Position numbers and translations under genes: made by a program
Shown: positions 1 to 10,348 of the stretch, in pieces
How positions within the stretch are numbered: the stretch's first letter is position 1
Layout of the letters: each line of letters opens with the position of its first letter
Origin: Candidatus Cloacimonadales bacterium
Lineage (GTDB): Bacteria; Cloacimonadota; Cloacimonadia; Cloacimonadales; JAIOQZ01
Length of the DNA: 64,000 nt
Direction: 5' to 3'
Assembly: GCA_963674825.1 (NCBI GenBank)
Contig: OY771587.1
Span: 2,240,001-2,304,000, forward strand
The notes under the pieces: generated by a model
Told to the model about the DNA's origin: nothing
The model's database searches: none
The model's input: the letters and a program-made list of their open reading frames with translations, nothing else

Positions 1-5
1 CTGCC

Positions 6-1640
6 GTGAAGGCCTGCGAGCGTTTCGACAAGCTCTTTTACCTCACCGCCAAGACAACCGGCAGAGCAGTGGCCGAAACCACCTTTGATATTCTACGGAC
101 ACGTGGCCTTAGGTTTAAGACACTCACAGTCACTGCGAAAGACAAAATATGCTTCCAGCCTGGAAGTGCTTGCGTTCCGGAAGAATGCCCGTTTGCGGAA
201 GGGTATTTCGATCGTCTGCGTGGTGCGATGGAAGATGCGCACGAGCAGGATAGCCTGAACCGTGCCACCATCGAAGAAATCGCCCGAAGGCATCGTATAT
301 GTCCGTTCGAGTTCTCGCTGGAGATGTCGCTGTGGGCTGATGCGGTGATCTGCGATTATAACTACGTTTTCGATCCCCGAGTGTATCTCCGCAGATTCTT
401 CCAGGAGTCCAGTGCTCCGTATCTCTTCCTGATCGACGAAGCTCATAATCTTCCCGACCGTGCCCGTGAGATGTATTCTGCAACCTTATCCAAGAAGGAA
501 ATCATGCAACTTCGACGCGATATCAAGGATGTCTCGCCGCCGATGGCCGAGACGCTGAAATCGCTGAACAAGCACATGCTGGGCGTACGGAAATCCTTGG
601 AAGCAGAAGAGCGAGAAGCCGTGACTGATCGTGAATTGCCCCAGGATGTGCTGCTTCTAGTGAAGAAATTCATCGGTCAAGCGGAGCTTTGGCTGGTTAC
701 GAACCGGTTTAATGAAACGAGGCTGCAAGTATTGGATTTCTATTTCAGTTGTCTATCGTTCGTGCGAACCGCAGAACTTTTTGATGAACGCTATCTGACT
801 CTCTACGAGAAGCACCGGGATGAATTGACCGTCACACTCTATTGCCTTGACCCATCGTATCTCCTTGGCAAGGCCATGGACAAGAGCGTTTCGGCAGTGG
901 TCTTCTCCGCAACACTCACACCTATCGAATACTATATGGAAATTCTTGCGGCTTCACCGGAAGATAGTAGCCTTCAGCTCGAGTCGCCGTTTTCGAGAAG
1001 GAATGTGGCAGTGCTGGTTGCGAATCGTATTCCAACTACCTGGAAGCTTCGCGATCAATCCGCGCCTGATGTGGCAAGGATGATCGAATCGGCCGTGGGC
1101 AGCCGGAAAGGTAATTACATTGTCTATTTCCCATCATACCAATATATGCGTACGATACTGGAGTTAATTGATCTGCCCGATGCGGACATTATAGAGCAGG
1201 AATCTGGCCTGAGCGAGGCAGCGCGGGATGAATTTCTGGCGCGCTTTGAGGTGGGTGGTGATAATACGCGCGTCGGATTTTGTGTTATGGGCGGTGTTTT
1301 CGGTGAAGGAATAGACCTGGTTGGGGATAGGCTGGTGGGTGCGATTATCGTGGGTGTCGGGCTTCCGCAGATCAATCCACGACTGGATCTGATTCGCGAC
1401 TACTATGACGAACAGGAAGGTACTGGTTTCCAATACGCGTATATGTTTCCAGGAATGGGACGTGTTTTGCAGGCGGCTGGGCGTGTGATACGGACTGCGA
1501 CCGACAAAGGGCTGATATTTCTGATTGACGAGCGCTTCACCCATCGGCGATACATGGAGCTTTTTCCGTCACTTTGGAAAAACTGGCGACCAATCGCGAA
1601 ACCGGAGGATGTCAAGCCGCTTCTGGCAAGGTTCTGGTGA
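6..1640 (+). CDS. ATP-dependent DNA helicase, XPD/Rad3/DinG (YoaA-like) family, Fe-S type; 5' part lies outside the window
   Basis: Fe-S cysteines (ICF..C..ECPF, ICPFE), DEAH box (LIDEAHNL), SAT motif, FGEGID, motif VI QAAGRVIR. Confidence 0.9.
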   Translation: MKACERFDKLFYLTAKTTGRAVAETTFDILRTRGLRFKTLTVTAKDKICFQPGSACVPEECPFAEGYFDRLRGAMEDAHEQDSLNRATIEEIARRHRICPFEFSLEMSLWADAVICDYNYVFDPRVYLRRFFQESSAPYLFLIDEAHNLPDRAREMYSATLSKKEIMQLRRDIKDVSPPMAETLKSLNKHMLGVRKSLEAEEREAVTDRELPQDVLLLVKKFIGQAELWLVTNRFNETRLQVLDFYFSCLSFVRTAELFDERYLTLYEKHRDELTVTLYCLDPSYLLGKAMDKSVSAVVFSATLTPIEYYMEILAASPEDSSLQLESPFSRRNVAVLVANRIPTTWKLRDQSAPDVARMIESAVGSRKGNYIVYFPSYQYMRTILELIDLPDADIIEQESGLSEAARDEFLARFEVGGDNTRVGFCVMGGVFGEGIDLVGDRLVGAIIVGVGLPQINPRLDLIRDYYDEQEGTGFQYAYMFPGMGRVLQAAGRVIRTATDKGLIFLIDERFTHRRYMELFPSLWKNWRPIAKPEDVKPLLARFW

Positions 1641-1667
1641 TCAAAATGAAGGGTTGAAATAAAAAAA

Positions 1668-1716
1668 GTTCCATAATTGCAACTTTTCCCTTGACGTGCA
1701 ATTCCAGATATGTAAC
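1668..1716. promoter_or_regulatory. Two 16-bp dyad operator candidates (1668-1683 GTTCCATAATTGCAAC; 1701-1716 ATTCCAGATATGTAAC) flanking a TTGACG -35 box (1691-1696)
   Basis: Imperfect palindromes GTTNCA-N4-TGNAAC; a near-identical third copy lies upstream of uvrA. Confidence 0.65.
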
Positions 1717-1753
1717 CTTTGGTTTGTTACTTGATCGAGTATAAGGAGTCTTT

Positions 1754-2422
1754 ATGAACACCGAAGCTATTGAAATCGGGATACGGCTGAGAAAGCTGAG
1801 GAAGGAAGCGGGTGTGACGATCTCGAGCATCGCCAAGACGACCGGAATCAGCAAGTCGAATCTGTCGCGTTACGAACGCGGTTTGCATCAGCCAAGTATC
1901 AAGATTCTCAGCGAGCTTGCAGATTATTTCAATGTCGATTTCGACTGGCTTGCAACGGGTGAAACCCATGAGGAACATGGATCGAATGTTACAGAGTTTC
2001 CAAATGATGCGCCCGGTCTGATCGAGATGCAGATTGTGGCGGAGATTGCCGCTGGCGATCCTGTGGAAGCAATGAACGACGAGCCGCTCGGTAGCCTCTT
2101 CGTATCCTCCAGCCTGGTCAACAACGCTCCCAGAGATTATTTTGTTTTTCGCGTCAACGGCCAGAGCATGCAGCCGACAGTCGCTCACGAAGATGTTGTC
2201 TTCATTAAGAAGATGAGCGACTGGAACCGTGCCAACCGTAAGATCGTCGCGGTAAGGCTCGAGGGCGAAATCACGCTCAAGCGGCTTCAGATGAATCCCG
2301 ATACGGGTATGATTCTCTTGATTCCGATTAATCAGGAGATGGAGACCATCATGGTGAATCCCGAAAGCGTTCGTGATATTCATCTGATCGGAGAACTGAA
2401 GACGATTATAAGAAGATTTTAG
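1754..2422 (+). CDS. lexA: XRE-HTH + peptidase S24 repressor (LexA/CI-like)
   Basis: N-terminal HTH_3 (LSRYERG..QPS), Ala-Gly cleavage site (IAAGDP), catalytic Ser (GQSM) and Lys (TLKR); AAGGAG RBS. Confidence 0.8.
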   Translation: MNTEAIEIGIRLRKLRKEAGVTISSIAKTTGISKSNLSRYERGLHQPSIKILSELADYFNVDFDWLATGETHEEHGSNVTEFPNDAPGLIEMQIVAEIAAGDPVEAMNDEPLGSLFVSSSLVNNAPRDYFVFRVNGQSMQPTVAHEDVVFIKKMSDWNRANRKIVAVRLEGEITLKRLQMNPDTGMILLIPINQEMETIMVNPESVRDIHLIGELKTIIRRF

Positions 2423-2503
2423 ACTGTACCGAATACATACCCTGGTAAATGTATCGCTAACCCCTCTCACCCCCGAGAGGGGTCCCCTTTTCATCACTCA
2501 GTT

Positions 2504-2532
2504 AAGGCTGGCCCAAGTGCCGGCCTTTTTTT
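2504..2532 (+). terminator. Rho-independent terminator of the repressor gene
   Basis: AAGGCTGGC-ccaagt-GCCGGCCTT followed by a T run; a further hairpin at 2460-2483. Confidence 0.7.
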
Positions 2533-2545
2533 ATATGAAGTGGAA

Positions 2546-2580
2546 AACAAAAAGCCCGGATTTATGTTCCAGGCTTTGTT
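2546..2580 (-). terminator. Probable terminator of uvrA
   Basis: AAAGCC...GGCTTT inverted repeat with an A run on the + strand, just past the uvrA stop. Confidence 0.55.
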
Positions 2581-2598
2581 ACAGTTTCTGTAATGGGA

Positions 2599-5445
2599 TT
2601 ATTTAATCTTGATTCCTTCCTGCTCGAGATGCTTTTTCAGAAAATGACCAGTGAATGAATCCGGATTTGAAGCAACTTCCTCCGGTGTACCCTGTGCGAT
2701 AATGGTTCCGCCGTTGTCTCCGCCATCGGGGCCGAGATCGATGATATAATCCGCGCTCTTGATCACATCGAGATTATGCTCGATGACGATGACGGTATTT
2801 CCTTTCTCAACGAATTTCTTCAGCACGATGAGTAGTTTTCTGATATCATCGAAGTGAAGACCGGTAGTAGGCTCGTCCAGGATATAGACGGTCTTGCCGG
2901 TACTGATGCGACTAAGCTCTTTAGCGAGCTTGATACGCTGAGCTTCGCCGCCAGACAGTGTCGTGGACGACTGCCCGACTTTGATATAATCAAGCCCGAC
3001 ATCCGCGAGCGTTTTCAGCTTGTTCTTGATTGTGGGTACATTTCCGAAGATTTCCAACGCTTCCTGTACATCCATGTCCAGTACATCCGTTATGCTTTTA
3101 CCCTTGTACTTCACGCTGAGGGTTTCAGCATTGTAACGTTGGCCTTTGCACACTTCGCACGGTACATAGAGGTCGGCAAGAAAATGCATTTCGATCTTGA
3201 TCACCCCAGCACCCTGACATGCTTCACATCTACCACCCTTGACGTTGAAGGAAAACCGTCCGGGAGAATAACCGCGGATTTTAGATGCGGGAAGTTTGGC
3301 GAAGAGGTTACGGATGGGGTCGAAGAGCTTGATATAGGTAGCCGGATTTGAACGCGGTGTTCGACCGATAGGCTGCTGATCGATGCATATAACTTTATCG
3401 AGATGCTCGTCGCCGGTAATCTCGTCATAGTCGGACTCAGGCATTCGGGCGTGATTGAGCCGATTAGCAAGCGCTGGGTAAAGCGTCTGGTTGATCAGAG
3501 AGCTTTTACCGGAACCGGAAACACCCGTGATGCAGGTGAAAACACCGAGCGGAATGTCCACATCCAGGTTTTTAAGGTTGTTCTTTCGCGCGTTCCTTAT
3601 TGAAAGGTAGCGAATTTTCTCTACCTTACGTTTCTCAGGCGTCTCGATTTTCATCTTACCCGAGAGGTACTGTCCGGTCAGCGACGCATCGATTTCCGAT
3701 ATCTCATCCAGGGTTCCCTGTGCAACGATTTCGCCTCCGAAGATTCCGGCATGCGGACCGAAATCGAGAATCTGATCTGCGCAGCGCATCATTTCTTCAT
3801 CATGCTCAACGACCAGGATAGAATTGCCAATATCACGAAGCTGCTGAAGCATGGCGATAAGTTTTCCATTGTCGCGCTGATGGAGGCCGATACTTGGCTC
3901 GTCAAGGATATACATTACGCCAACAAGGCTGCTTCCGATCTGGCTGGCAAGCCTAATACGCTGTGATTCGCCACCGGAAAGAGTGGGTGCTTGACGGTCC
4001 ATAGCGAGATAATGCAGGCCAACATTTATAAGGAAACCGAGCCGGGCGCGAATTTCTTTAAGAATCTCTTCCGCGATAATCTTCTCGTTACCTTCAAGAA
4101 TGAGGTTCGTGAAGAATGCGTGTGCTTCGGAAACAGACATGGAAGTCGTACTATCAATAGCTATGCCGTTGATCTTGACTGCCAGGCTTTCTTTGCGAAG
4201 ACGTTTACCATGACAATCGGGACAAGGCTTATTACTAATATAGCGCAGGAATTCGCGACGACGCCACTCGGACTTGGTCTCGTGCATCAGCCGTTCCATG
4301 TTTGGAATTACGCCTTCGTGCTTTGTAAGGAACTCACCGGAACCATGACTACTTTCCCACTGGATGCGGATGCGCTTGCCCTTGCTACCGTACAGTAGGA
4401 TGTCCTGAATCTTCTCAGGCAGCTTTTTCCAGGGTGTGTTGAGGTCGAAGTCGTATTCACGCATCAACTGTTTCAGATAGCGATATCGCCAACTGGTTCG
4501 TTTGTCGGACATCACACCCCAAGGAAGGACTGCGCCCTGATTGATCGTGAGGTTTTTGTTTGGGACGATCAACTCGGGATCGAACTCCATGGTGGTGCCC
4601 AGGCCGTTGCAAGTCTGGCACATTCCGATGGGGCTGTTGAATGAGAAATGCTGTGGCGTGAGTTCCGGATAGCTGATCCCGCATTTTGTGCATGCGTTGG
4701 CTTCGGACAACACTTCGTCGCGACTCTCGTCTGGATAGTCTATCTTTACACTGCCGCTGGTAATGCGTAGCGCTGTCTCGACGGAATCAGTCAGACGTGA
4801 TCGAACATCGGGTTTAATCACGAGTCGATCGATAACCAGATCGATGGTGTGCTTGCTCTTTTTATCGAGCTCGATATCCTCGGCAAGCTCGCGCATAACA
4901 CCATTGATCATCACACGCACGAAGCCTTCACGCCTCGCTTCGTCGAGTTCTTCCTTGTGGGTTCCCTTGCGGTTCTGCACAATGGGTGCGAGAATCTGAA
5001 TTCGCGTTCGTTCTGGTTTCTCCATCAGGTGATCAACGATCTGATCCACGGATTGAGAGCCCACCGGGTCGCCACAATTGTAGCAATGTTGATGCCCTAT
5101 ACGCGCGTATAATATACGTAAGTAATCGTAGATTTCGGTGACGGTACCGACCGTTGAACGCGGATTCTTGCTGGCGCTTTTCTGCTCGATGGAGATGGCG
5201 GGAGAAAGTCCTTCGATGTAATCGACTTTCGGCTTCTCCATCTGGCCGAGGAATTGTCTGGCGTATGCGGAAAGCGATTCGACATAGCGTCGCTGCCCTT
5301 CTGCATAGAGTGTATCAAACGCCAAAGAGGACTTTCCAGAGCCTGAAACACCGGTGAACACGACAAGCTTATTGCGTGGTATGGTTACATTTATGTTTTT
5401 CAGGTTGTGTTCCTGAGCGCCTTTGATAATGATTTTGGTCTTCAT
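2599..5445 (-). CDS. uvrA: Excinuclease ABC subunit A
   Basis: Two Walker A motifs (GVSGSGKSS), zinc fingers, LSGGE signatures; start set at MKTKIII after CAGGAGG RBS. Confidence 0.98.
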   Translation of the reverse strand: MKTKIIIKGAQEHNLKNINVTIPRNKLVVFTGVSGSGKSSLAFDTLYAEGQRRYVESLSAYARQFLGQMEKPKVDYIEGLSPAISIEQKSASKNPRSTVGTVTEIYDYLRILYARIGHQHCYNCGDPVGSQSVDQIVDHLMEKPERTRIQILAPIVQNRKGTHKEELDEARREGFVRVMINGVMRELAEDIELDKKSKHTIDLVIDRLVIKPDVRSRLTDSVETALRITSGSVKIDYPDESRDEVLSEANACTKCGISYPELTPQHFSFNSPIGMCQTCNGLGTTMEFDPELIVPNKNLTINQGAVLPWGVMSDKRTSWRYRYLKQLMREYDFDLNTPWKKLPEKIQDILLYGSKGKRIRIQWESSHGSGEFLTKHEGVIPNMERLMHETKSEWRRREFLRYISNKPCPDCHGKRLRKESLAVKINGIAIDSTTSMSVSEAHAFFTNLILEGNEKIIAEEILKEIRARLGFLINVGLHYLAMDRQAPTLSGGESQRIRLASQIGSSLVGVMYILDEPSIGLHQRDNGKLIAMLQQLRDIGNSILVVEHDEEMMRCADQILDFGPHAGIFGGEIVAQGTLDEISEIDASLTGQYLSGKMKIETPEKRKVEKIRYLSIRNARKNNLKNLDVDIPLGVFTCITGVSGSGKSSLINQTLYPALANRLNHARMPESDYDEITGDEHLDKVICIDQQPIGRTPRSNPATYIKLFDPIRNLFAKLPASKIRGYSPGRFSFNVKGGRCEACQGAGVIKIEMHFLADLYVPCEVCKGQRYNAETLSVKYKGKSITDVLDMDVQEALEIFGNVPTIKNKLKTLADVGLDYIKVGQSSTTLSGGEAQRIKLAKELSRISTGKTVYILDEPTTGLHFDDIRKLLIVLKKFVEKGNTVIVIEHNLDVIKSADYIIDLGPDGGDNGGTIIAQGTPEEVASNPDSFTGHFLKKHLEQEGIKIK

Positions 5446-5467
5446 CAGAGCCTCCTGACGGGTTCTT

Positions 5468-5501
5468 GTTGCAAATATGTAACGCGCGTATTTTTTGTCA
5501 A
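5468..5501 (-). promoter_or_regulatory. uvrA promoter (TTGACA at 5501-5496) with dyad GTTGCAAATATGTAAC (5468-5483) over the -10 region
   Basis: Consensus -35; the dyad matches those upstream of the S24 repressor. Confidence 0.65.
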
Positions 5502-5658
5502 CGAGAAAAGTGACAAATGTGGAAGGAAAAAAATCCATCGCATCAGTGAAAAATATTTATAAAATGAATTTTGAAAATTGAGTGAAAGCAAGCTCAAGTA
5601 TTTCATAGTGATCTGACTCTGATAGTATCACGAAAAGAGCCTAGCTAAGAAAAAAAAA

Positions 5659-5686
5659 TTGACAAGGATAATCAGTATGGTAAATT
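5659..5686 (+). promoter_or_regulatory. Sigma70-type promoter for the large secreted protein
   Basis: TTGACA-N16-TAAATT with TG extended -10 and an upstream A tract. Confidence 0.55.
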
Positions 5687-5814
5687 CAAGCTGAGTAAGT
5701 TTGAAGAGAACTGCTCTGGTCTGAGTGACGGCGGGACAGTGAGTTACGCCGGTCTCATACTTGAAAAGAGGATTGATTAGAATGAATATAAAAAAGATAG
5801 ATACTGGAGGAAGT

Positions 5815-8800
5815 ATGAAAAAGTTATCTTTGCTTGTTGCTTTTACCTTGCTTTCGATTGGTTTGGTATACGGGCAATCGTTGGACATTAACTACATCAC
5901 ATTCCATGGATCAGATGGCGTGACAGATGATGTATTCTCGGCAGGTGAAACCGTCACTGTGCGAGCAAGGTATGACGCAGTTTCGCTGCAGTCGATAACT
6001 GGCGTTTTTCGTGCGAGTGACTACTCGGGCACATCGGAGATCTATGTATTGTGGTACACTGGCACTCCGGATAGTTCTCCCGATGGATCCAATATTGTGA
6101 GCATTTCGAACTTCAACTATAACGGTTTAAGTGAAGATGGGTATGCTGAGTTTGATATCACCTTGCCGACTCCTGCAGCAGGCGCAACAACTTTCCAGCT
6201 CGCGTTCGGTATTTATGGCGAAAGTTCAGACTGGCGAGCCACTGCCTACTCTGACCGTAATACAAGCTATGCTACCGTTGGCACGATGACGGTATGCCCC
6301 GGAGACGATAGTGACGGCAGTGGAACCATTTCTCCTGAATGGGAAGTTTACGGAAATCTGGATAGCACAACCGAAACACCGACATTGATCGATCCTGAAG
6401 ATGGTGCGTCAGACAACGCTTCGATGTACATTGCGTTCAACCTTCCCGAAGACGCAACGAATAGCACCGTGAAGTTATATGTCGATGACGACTCGAATCA
6501 CACAAACGGATATTATAACGTTCTGACACTGTTGAATGATTATACCACATCTGGTAATCACTCTATGTATATCAACGGTGGCGACTTGGACGACGATCCA
6601 CAAGCGGGTGATGCAACCGACGATGTGATGTCTGTTTCAACTCCTGGTAATAACTCGTTGACAAATGGCTCAACGTATTATTTGGCAATTGGCTATCAGG
6701 ATGAAACCGGTAACGCCGAAGCCAAGAGCGCTTGGGCAGAATTTACATATGATACCTCTGTCACGAACGTGTCCAGCGTCATCGCAACCGACCTGGATCT
6801 TGATGAAGTGCAATTGTCGTATTACTTGCCAGAATGCTCACAGGACTGGAAAGTGACTTTCTGCTTCGATACAGACACGAACTACAGCAACGGATATACT
6901 TCCGAAATTGTACTGGCAGACGAGACAAATGTCGGTTCACCAGGTACTCGCACGGTATTGTTCAACGGTAATGAACTCTCGACAACAGATTATTACATCA
7001 GCCATTCTGGCGCTGAAGCGGGATCTCTTACATCAGGTACTCAATACTATGTAGGCGTTCAATACACTGATTGCGCTGGAAATACATCCTCCATAACATA
7101 CTCCGGTGTATTCACATATGTGTACGATACACAGACCGAAGAAGCAACCAGTGTTTCGATTGATGAAGAAGCCAATGCGAGTGAGGGGCCAGTTCTCGAT
7201 GTTTCTTACACGCTACCGGAAGATGGTGGTGCGAATAGCGTCTATCTCCTGATCGACGATGATGAAATTCATGGTACTTCCGGCCAGGAAACAGCGACTG
7301 ACGTGTTGTATCTGATTCGTATTAGCGGAAACTACCTGACAGGATCTCACAATTTCAACCTGTCCATACCCTTCGTGACGCTGGATGGTGGTGGAGATGG
7401 TGATCAAGTTTTATCTATCACCACCAACGAATTAGCGCCGTATGGCCTTAACGATTCTCAAACCTACTATTCCGCGATACGCTACTACGATAGCACAGGC
7501 AATCCGGCCGTTACGACAACACCGTGGGTCTCTTTTACGTGGGATGATGTTTCAGAAGCGCCAACCTGGAGCGGATCACAGCCGACAGCAGATAATCGTG
7601 CATTTACTTTCGCATACACTCTTCCGGAAGATGGCGAAACAAATTCGGTCAGAATTCAGATAGACAATGATGCAACCCATACGACAATCTGGACAACGCT
7701 GAATATTCTTGCGAACGATGATCTGGGTGACAACAGCTTTGTTGTTGATGCAAATCAGCTCAACGATGCAACAGCTTATGATGACGGTACCGACGACGTG
7801 ACCAATACGCCTACTCAGAGTGCGCTTCCGCAAGGATCCAACTACTACTATCGTATAGGCTACCAGGATCAGTACGGCAATGCTTATGCTTACTCAGACT
7901 GGATGCAGATTCTTTATGATAGCATCACGCAGACTCCGACGCTCGATTACCCCGCTGCAAGCACAACGTTTACAACAAACTTCACGCTTCAGTACGATCT
8001 GCCGGAAAATGCTTACGAAGGTTCGCTCTATGTAATGTTCACACGTACCAGCGGTACAGCTGACTCTAATTCACCGCACAAGCTTGAAATCGTCAGTGAA
8101 ACAGCTGGAAACAATATCCAGATTACCGGCCTTGATCCCGATAATCTGACAAGCAGCGCTGCAATTGCCAATACTCCGATTAGCGGTACCGGTACTCTTG
8201 TTGATGGTGCAATTTACACGATCACAATCGGTTACCAGGACATTTATCAGAATACTGAAGCAACCGATTCTCATACTAGCTGTGAGTATTCCAGTGGAGC
8301 AGCGGTTCTTGAGGTTTCTAATGAAGTTCTTGATCTCCTGCCACTTGCTGGACCGAGTAACACGAATCAGCTGATCTTCGGCTTCAACCTGAACACAACA
8401 TCCGGTTCTGCAGATTTCTCAGCTGTTACATTCAGCCGTTCAGGAACAGCAGCTTCTGGTGAAATTACCGCTTCCAGCTTCAAGCTTTGGCTTGACGATG
8501 GCGACGATGTATTTGAGCCTGCTCAGGATGATGACATGAGCACCGGCACGGGATATAATGACTGGACAACCGGTACCTATTCAAGTATCGCAATGACTGG
8601 TACTGCAGTATCGATTGATGCGTCCGGCGAAACATTCTGGGTAACGATCGACGAAACTGCATCTGCTGTGAAAAATCACTCGATCAAGCTTGGGCTCAGC
8701 TCAGCAGCCAGTGTGATATCCGATGCTGATAACACGATCGGTACTTTCCCGATCAATGGTAAAGAGCACGAGATGGACGGATATGTGATCATCAGTGTTG

Positions 8801-9873
8801 ATACCAGCTTCAGTGGTGGTCAGCTCTATCATGGAAGCAATCGGGCTATTCATAAGTTCTCCATGAGAACGAACCAGGGTACAGCATACATCAGCCAGGC
8901 AATCATCGATTTCACGGGCTCTGGTGCAGCTGCTGGAAACTTCGAAGGTTCAACTCCGATGAAACTTTGGATGTCAACTGATGAAACCTTCAACAGCAGC
9001 TCTGACTCTGTGGTTGGCGGCCCTCTTGCTTATAACAGTGCTTTGACCTTCAACTGGAGCGCTCGCGCACTGCTTAGCGTCGATGCAACAGAAGAATGGT
9101 ATTTCGTTACGGGAGATATTGCTGAAACAGCCGAGGGCACAATCCAGGGCTCAATGGACCAGGATGCCGTGACATCCGACTACGGAATCGAAACTGACGC
9201 TGATGGCAACGAAACATGGACCGATGCTGGCGGTACTTCTACATTGCCGGTTGAGCTGTCCGTATTCTCAGTTACCAACTCAGGTCATACGAATATCCTC
9301 TCCTGGACTACTGAAACTGAAACTGATAACCTCGGTTTCAACGTTTACCGTGGTCTTTCTCTGGATGATATTTCTTCCGGTGATGCGATTCAGATCAACC
9401 ATAGCCTTATAACAGGCGCTGGTACCACATCTGAGCCTACTAACTACAGCTACACCGACGAGTACTCGGTTGAATACAATGTAACATATTGGTATTGGCT
9501 TGAGTCTGTCGAACTTGGTGGCATCACGGTTCTGTTCAGCCCCAGAAGTTATACTCCGGCTGAAGGAGGTGGCTCTGAGACTCCGGATATCGAATTCTAC
9601 GGTCTTGGAAACAACTACCCGAACCCGTTCAATCCGAGCACAACGATTACCTTCTGCCTGAAGAAGAGCGAATATGCTACACTCGACATTTACAATGTCC
9701 GTGGCCAGCTTGTGAAGAATCTCTTCAATGGCACAGTTAGCGCTGATGACGAGAAAACCGTTAATTGGGACGGTAGAGACGAATCCGGGAAAGAAACCGG
9801 TTCCGGTATCTACTACTATCGTCTGAAACATGGCTCGACAAGCGAAATGAAGAAGATGATCCTTCTCCGCTAA
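5815..9873 (+). CDS. Large acidic secreted/surface protein with tandem Ig/FN3-like repeats and a C-terminal FlgD-Ig/T9SS-type sorting domain
   Basis: Signal peptide MKKLSLL after GGAGG; five repeats with LPE and Y.D..GN motifs; LPVELS.F linker; NYPNPFNPST...IYNVRGQLV...WDG.D..G....SGIYYY. Confidence 0.85.
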   Translation: MKKLSLLVAFTLLSIGLVYGQSLDINYITFHGSDGVTDDVFSAGETVTVRARYDAVSLQSITGVFRASDYSGTSEIYVLWYTGTPDSSPDGSNIVSISNFNYNGLSEDGYAEFDITLPTPAAGATTFQLAFGIYGESSDWRATAYSDRNTSYATVGTMTVCPGDDSDGSGTISPEWEVYGNLDSTTETPTLIDPEDGASDNASMYIAFNLPEDATNSTVKLYVDDDSNHTNGYYNVLTLLNDYTTSGNHSMYINGGDLDDDPQAGDATDDVMSVSTPGNNSLTNGSTYYLAIGYQDETGNAEAKSAWAEFTYDTSVTNVSSVIATDLDLDEVQLSYYLPECSQDWKVTFCFDTDTNYSNGYTSEIVLADETNVGSPGTRTVLFNGNELSTTDYYISHSGAEAGSLTSGTQYYVGVQYTDCAGNTSSITYSGVFTYVYDTQTEEATSVSIDEEANASEGPVLDVSYTLPEDGGANSVYLLIDDDEIHGTSGQETATDVLYLIRISGNYLTGSHNFNLSIPFVTLDGGGDGDQVLSITTNELAPYGLNDSQTYYSAIRYYDSTGNPAVTTTPWVSFTWDDVSEAPTWSGSQPTADNRAFTFAYTLPEDGETNSVRIQIDNDATHTTIWTTLNILANDDLGDNSFVVDANQLNDATAYDDGTDDVTNTPTQSALPQGSNYYYRIGYQDQYGNAYAYSDWMQILYDSITQTPTLDYPAASTTFTTNFTLQYDLPENAYEGSLYVMFTRTSGTADSNSPHKLEIVSETAGNNIQITGLDPDNLTSSAAIANTPISGTGTLVDGAIYTITIGYQDIYQNTEATDSHTSCEYSSGAAVLEVSNEVLDLLPLAGPSNTNQLIFGFNLNTTSGSADFSAVTFSRSGTAASGEITASSFKLWLDDGDDVFEPAQDDDMSTGTGYNDWTTGTYSSIAMTGTAVSIDASGETFWVTIDETASAVKNHSIKLGLSSAASVISDADNTIGTFPINGKEHEMDGYVIISVDTSFSGGQLYHGSNRAIHKFSMRTNQGTAYISQAIIDFTGSGAAAGNFEGSTPMKLWMSTDETFNSSSDSVVGGPLAYNSALTFNWSARALLSVDATEEWYFVTGDIAETAEGTIQGSMDQDAVTSDYGIETDADGNETWTDAGGTSTLPVELSVFSVTNSGHTNILSWTTETETDNLGFNVYRGLSLDDISSGDAIQINHSLITGAGTTSEPTNYSYTDEYSVEYNVTYWYWLESVELGGITVLFSPRSYTPAEGGGSETPDIEFYGLGNNYPNPFNPSTTITFCLKKSEYATLDIYNVRGQLVKNLFNGTVSADDEKTVNWDGRDESGKETGSGIYYYRLKHGSTSEMKKMILLR

Positions 9874-9893
9874 GCGGAAAGGGTTAAGATAAT

Positions 9894-9928
9894 GCGAAGA
9901 CCGGTTAATGCCGGTCTTCGCGCGTTTT
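9894..9928 (+). terminator. Rho-independent terminator
   Basis: GCGAAGACCGG-ttaatg-CCGGTCTTCGC perfect stem after the stop codon. Confidence 0.7.
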
Positions 9929-10042
9929 GAAACGATAAAACGCTGATAGATAGAAAATTGATTGACACCTGATTGCATCAAAAGATTATTGGCGCCTGTA
10001 TCGTAAAAAAGTAATATATGGTTGATAATAGAAGGAGTAACA

Positions 10043-10255
10043 ATGAAAAACGACATTCATCCGAAGTATGAAACCGTTACGGTGAAATGCGTATGCGGAA
10101 ACGTCTTCGAAACCAAGTCAACCCGTAAAGACCTTACGGTTGATATCTGTTCGGAGTGTCATCCGTTTTATACCGGCAAGCAGAAGCTGATGGATACCGC
10201 CGGTCGTGTTGAAAAATTCCAGAAAAAATACGCGAAGCATAACAGCAATAAATAG
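10043..10255 (+). CDS. rpmE: 50S ribosomal protein L31 (Zn-binding type)
   Basis: [36 protein letters not shown]. Confidence 0.97.
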   Translation: MKNDIHPKYETVTVKCVCGNVFETKSTRKDLTVDICSECHPFYTGKQKLMDTAGRVEKFQKKYAKHNSNK

Positions 10256-10269
10256 CTTCTATCACTTTG

Positions 10270-10309
10270 AGGCGCCACTACCTTATCTTTTTAGGGAGTG
10301 GCGCTTTTT
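10270..10309 (+). terminator. Terminator/attenuator after rpmE
   Basis: GCGCCACT...AGTGGCGC followed by TTTTT. Confidence 0.6.
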
Positions 10310-10348
10310 GCGTAAAACGGATACTCACCCGGTAAAAAAGGGAAACTG

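Noticed and set aside
1712..1730. Alternative dyad GTAAC-N9-GTTAC upstream of the repressor
   Set aside because: Not repeated at uvrA; the overlapping 16-bp dyad explains three sites better.
1727..2497. Long antisense ORFs (this one, also 9280-10056, 12859-13623, 14943-15827, 33459-34265, 56117-56914, 57000-57893)
   Set aside because: Shadows of well-supported genes on the opposite strand, with no recognisable motifs.
2578..2594. GTTACA-N5-TGTAAT resembling the proposed SOS box
   Set aside because: The spacer is one base too long and it lies between convergent 3' ends, not in a promoter.
5700..5760. c-di-GMP riboswitch call
   Set aside because: Lacks the GNRA tetraloop/receptor and GCAAA elements of class I and the pseudoknot/kink-turn pattern of class II.
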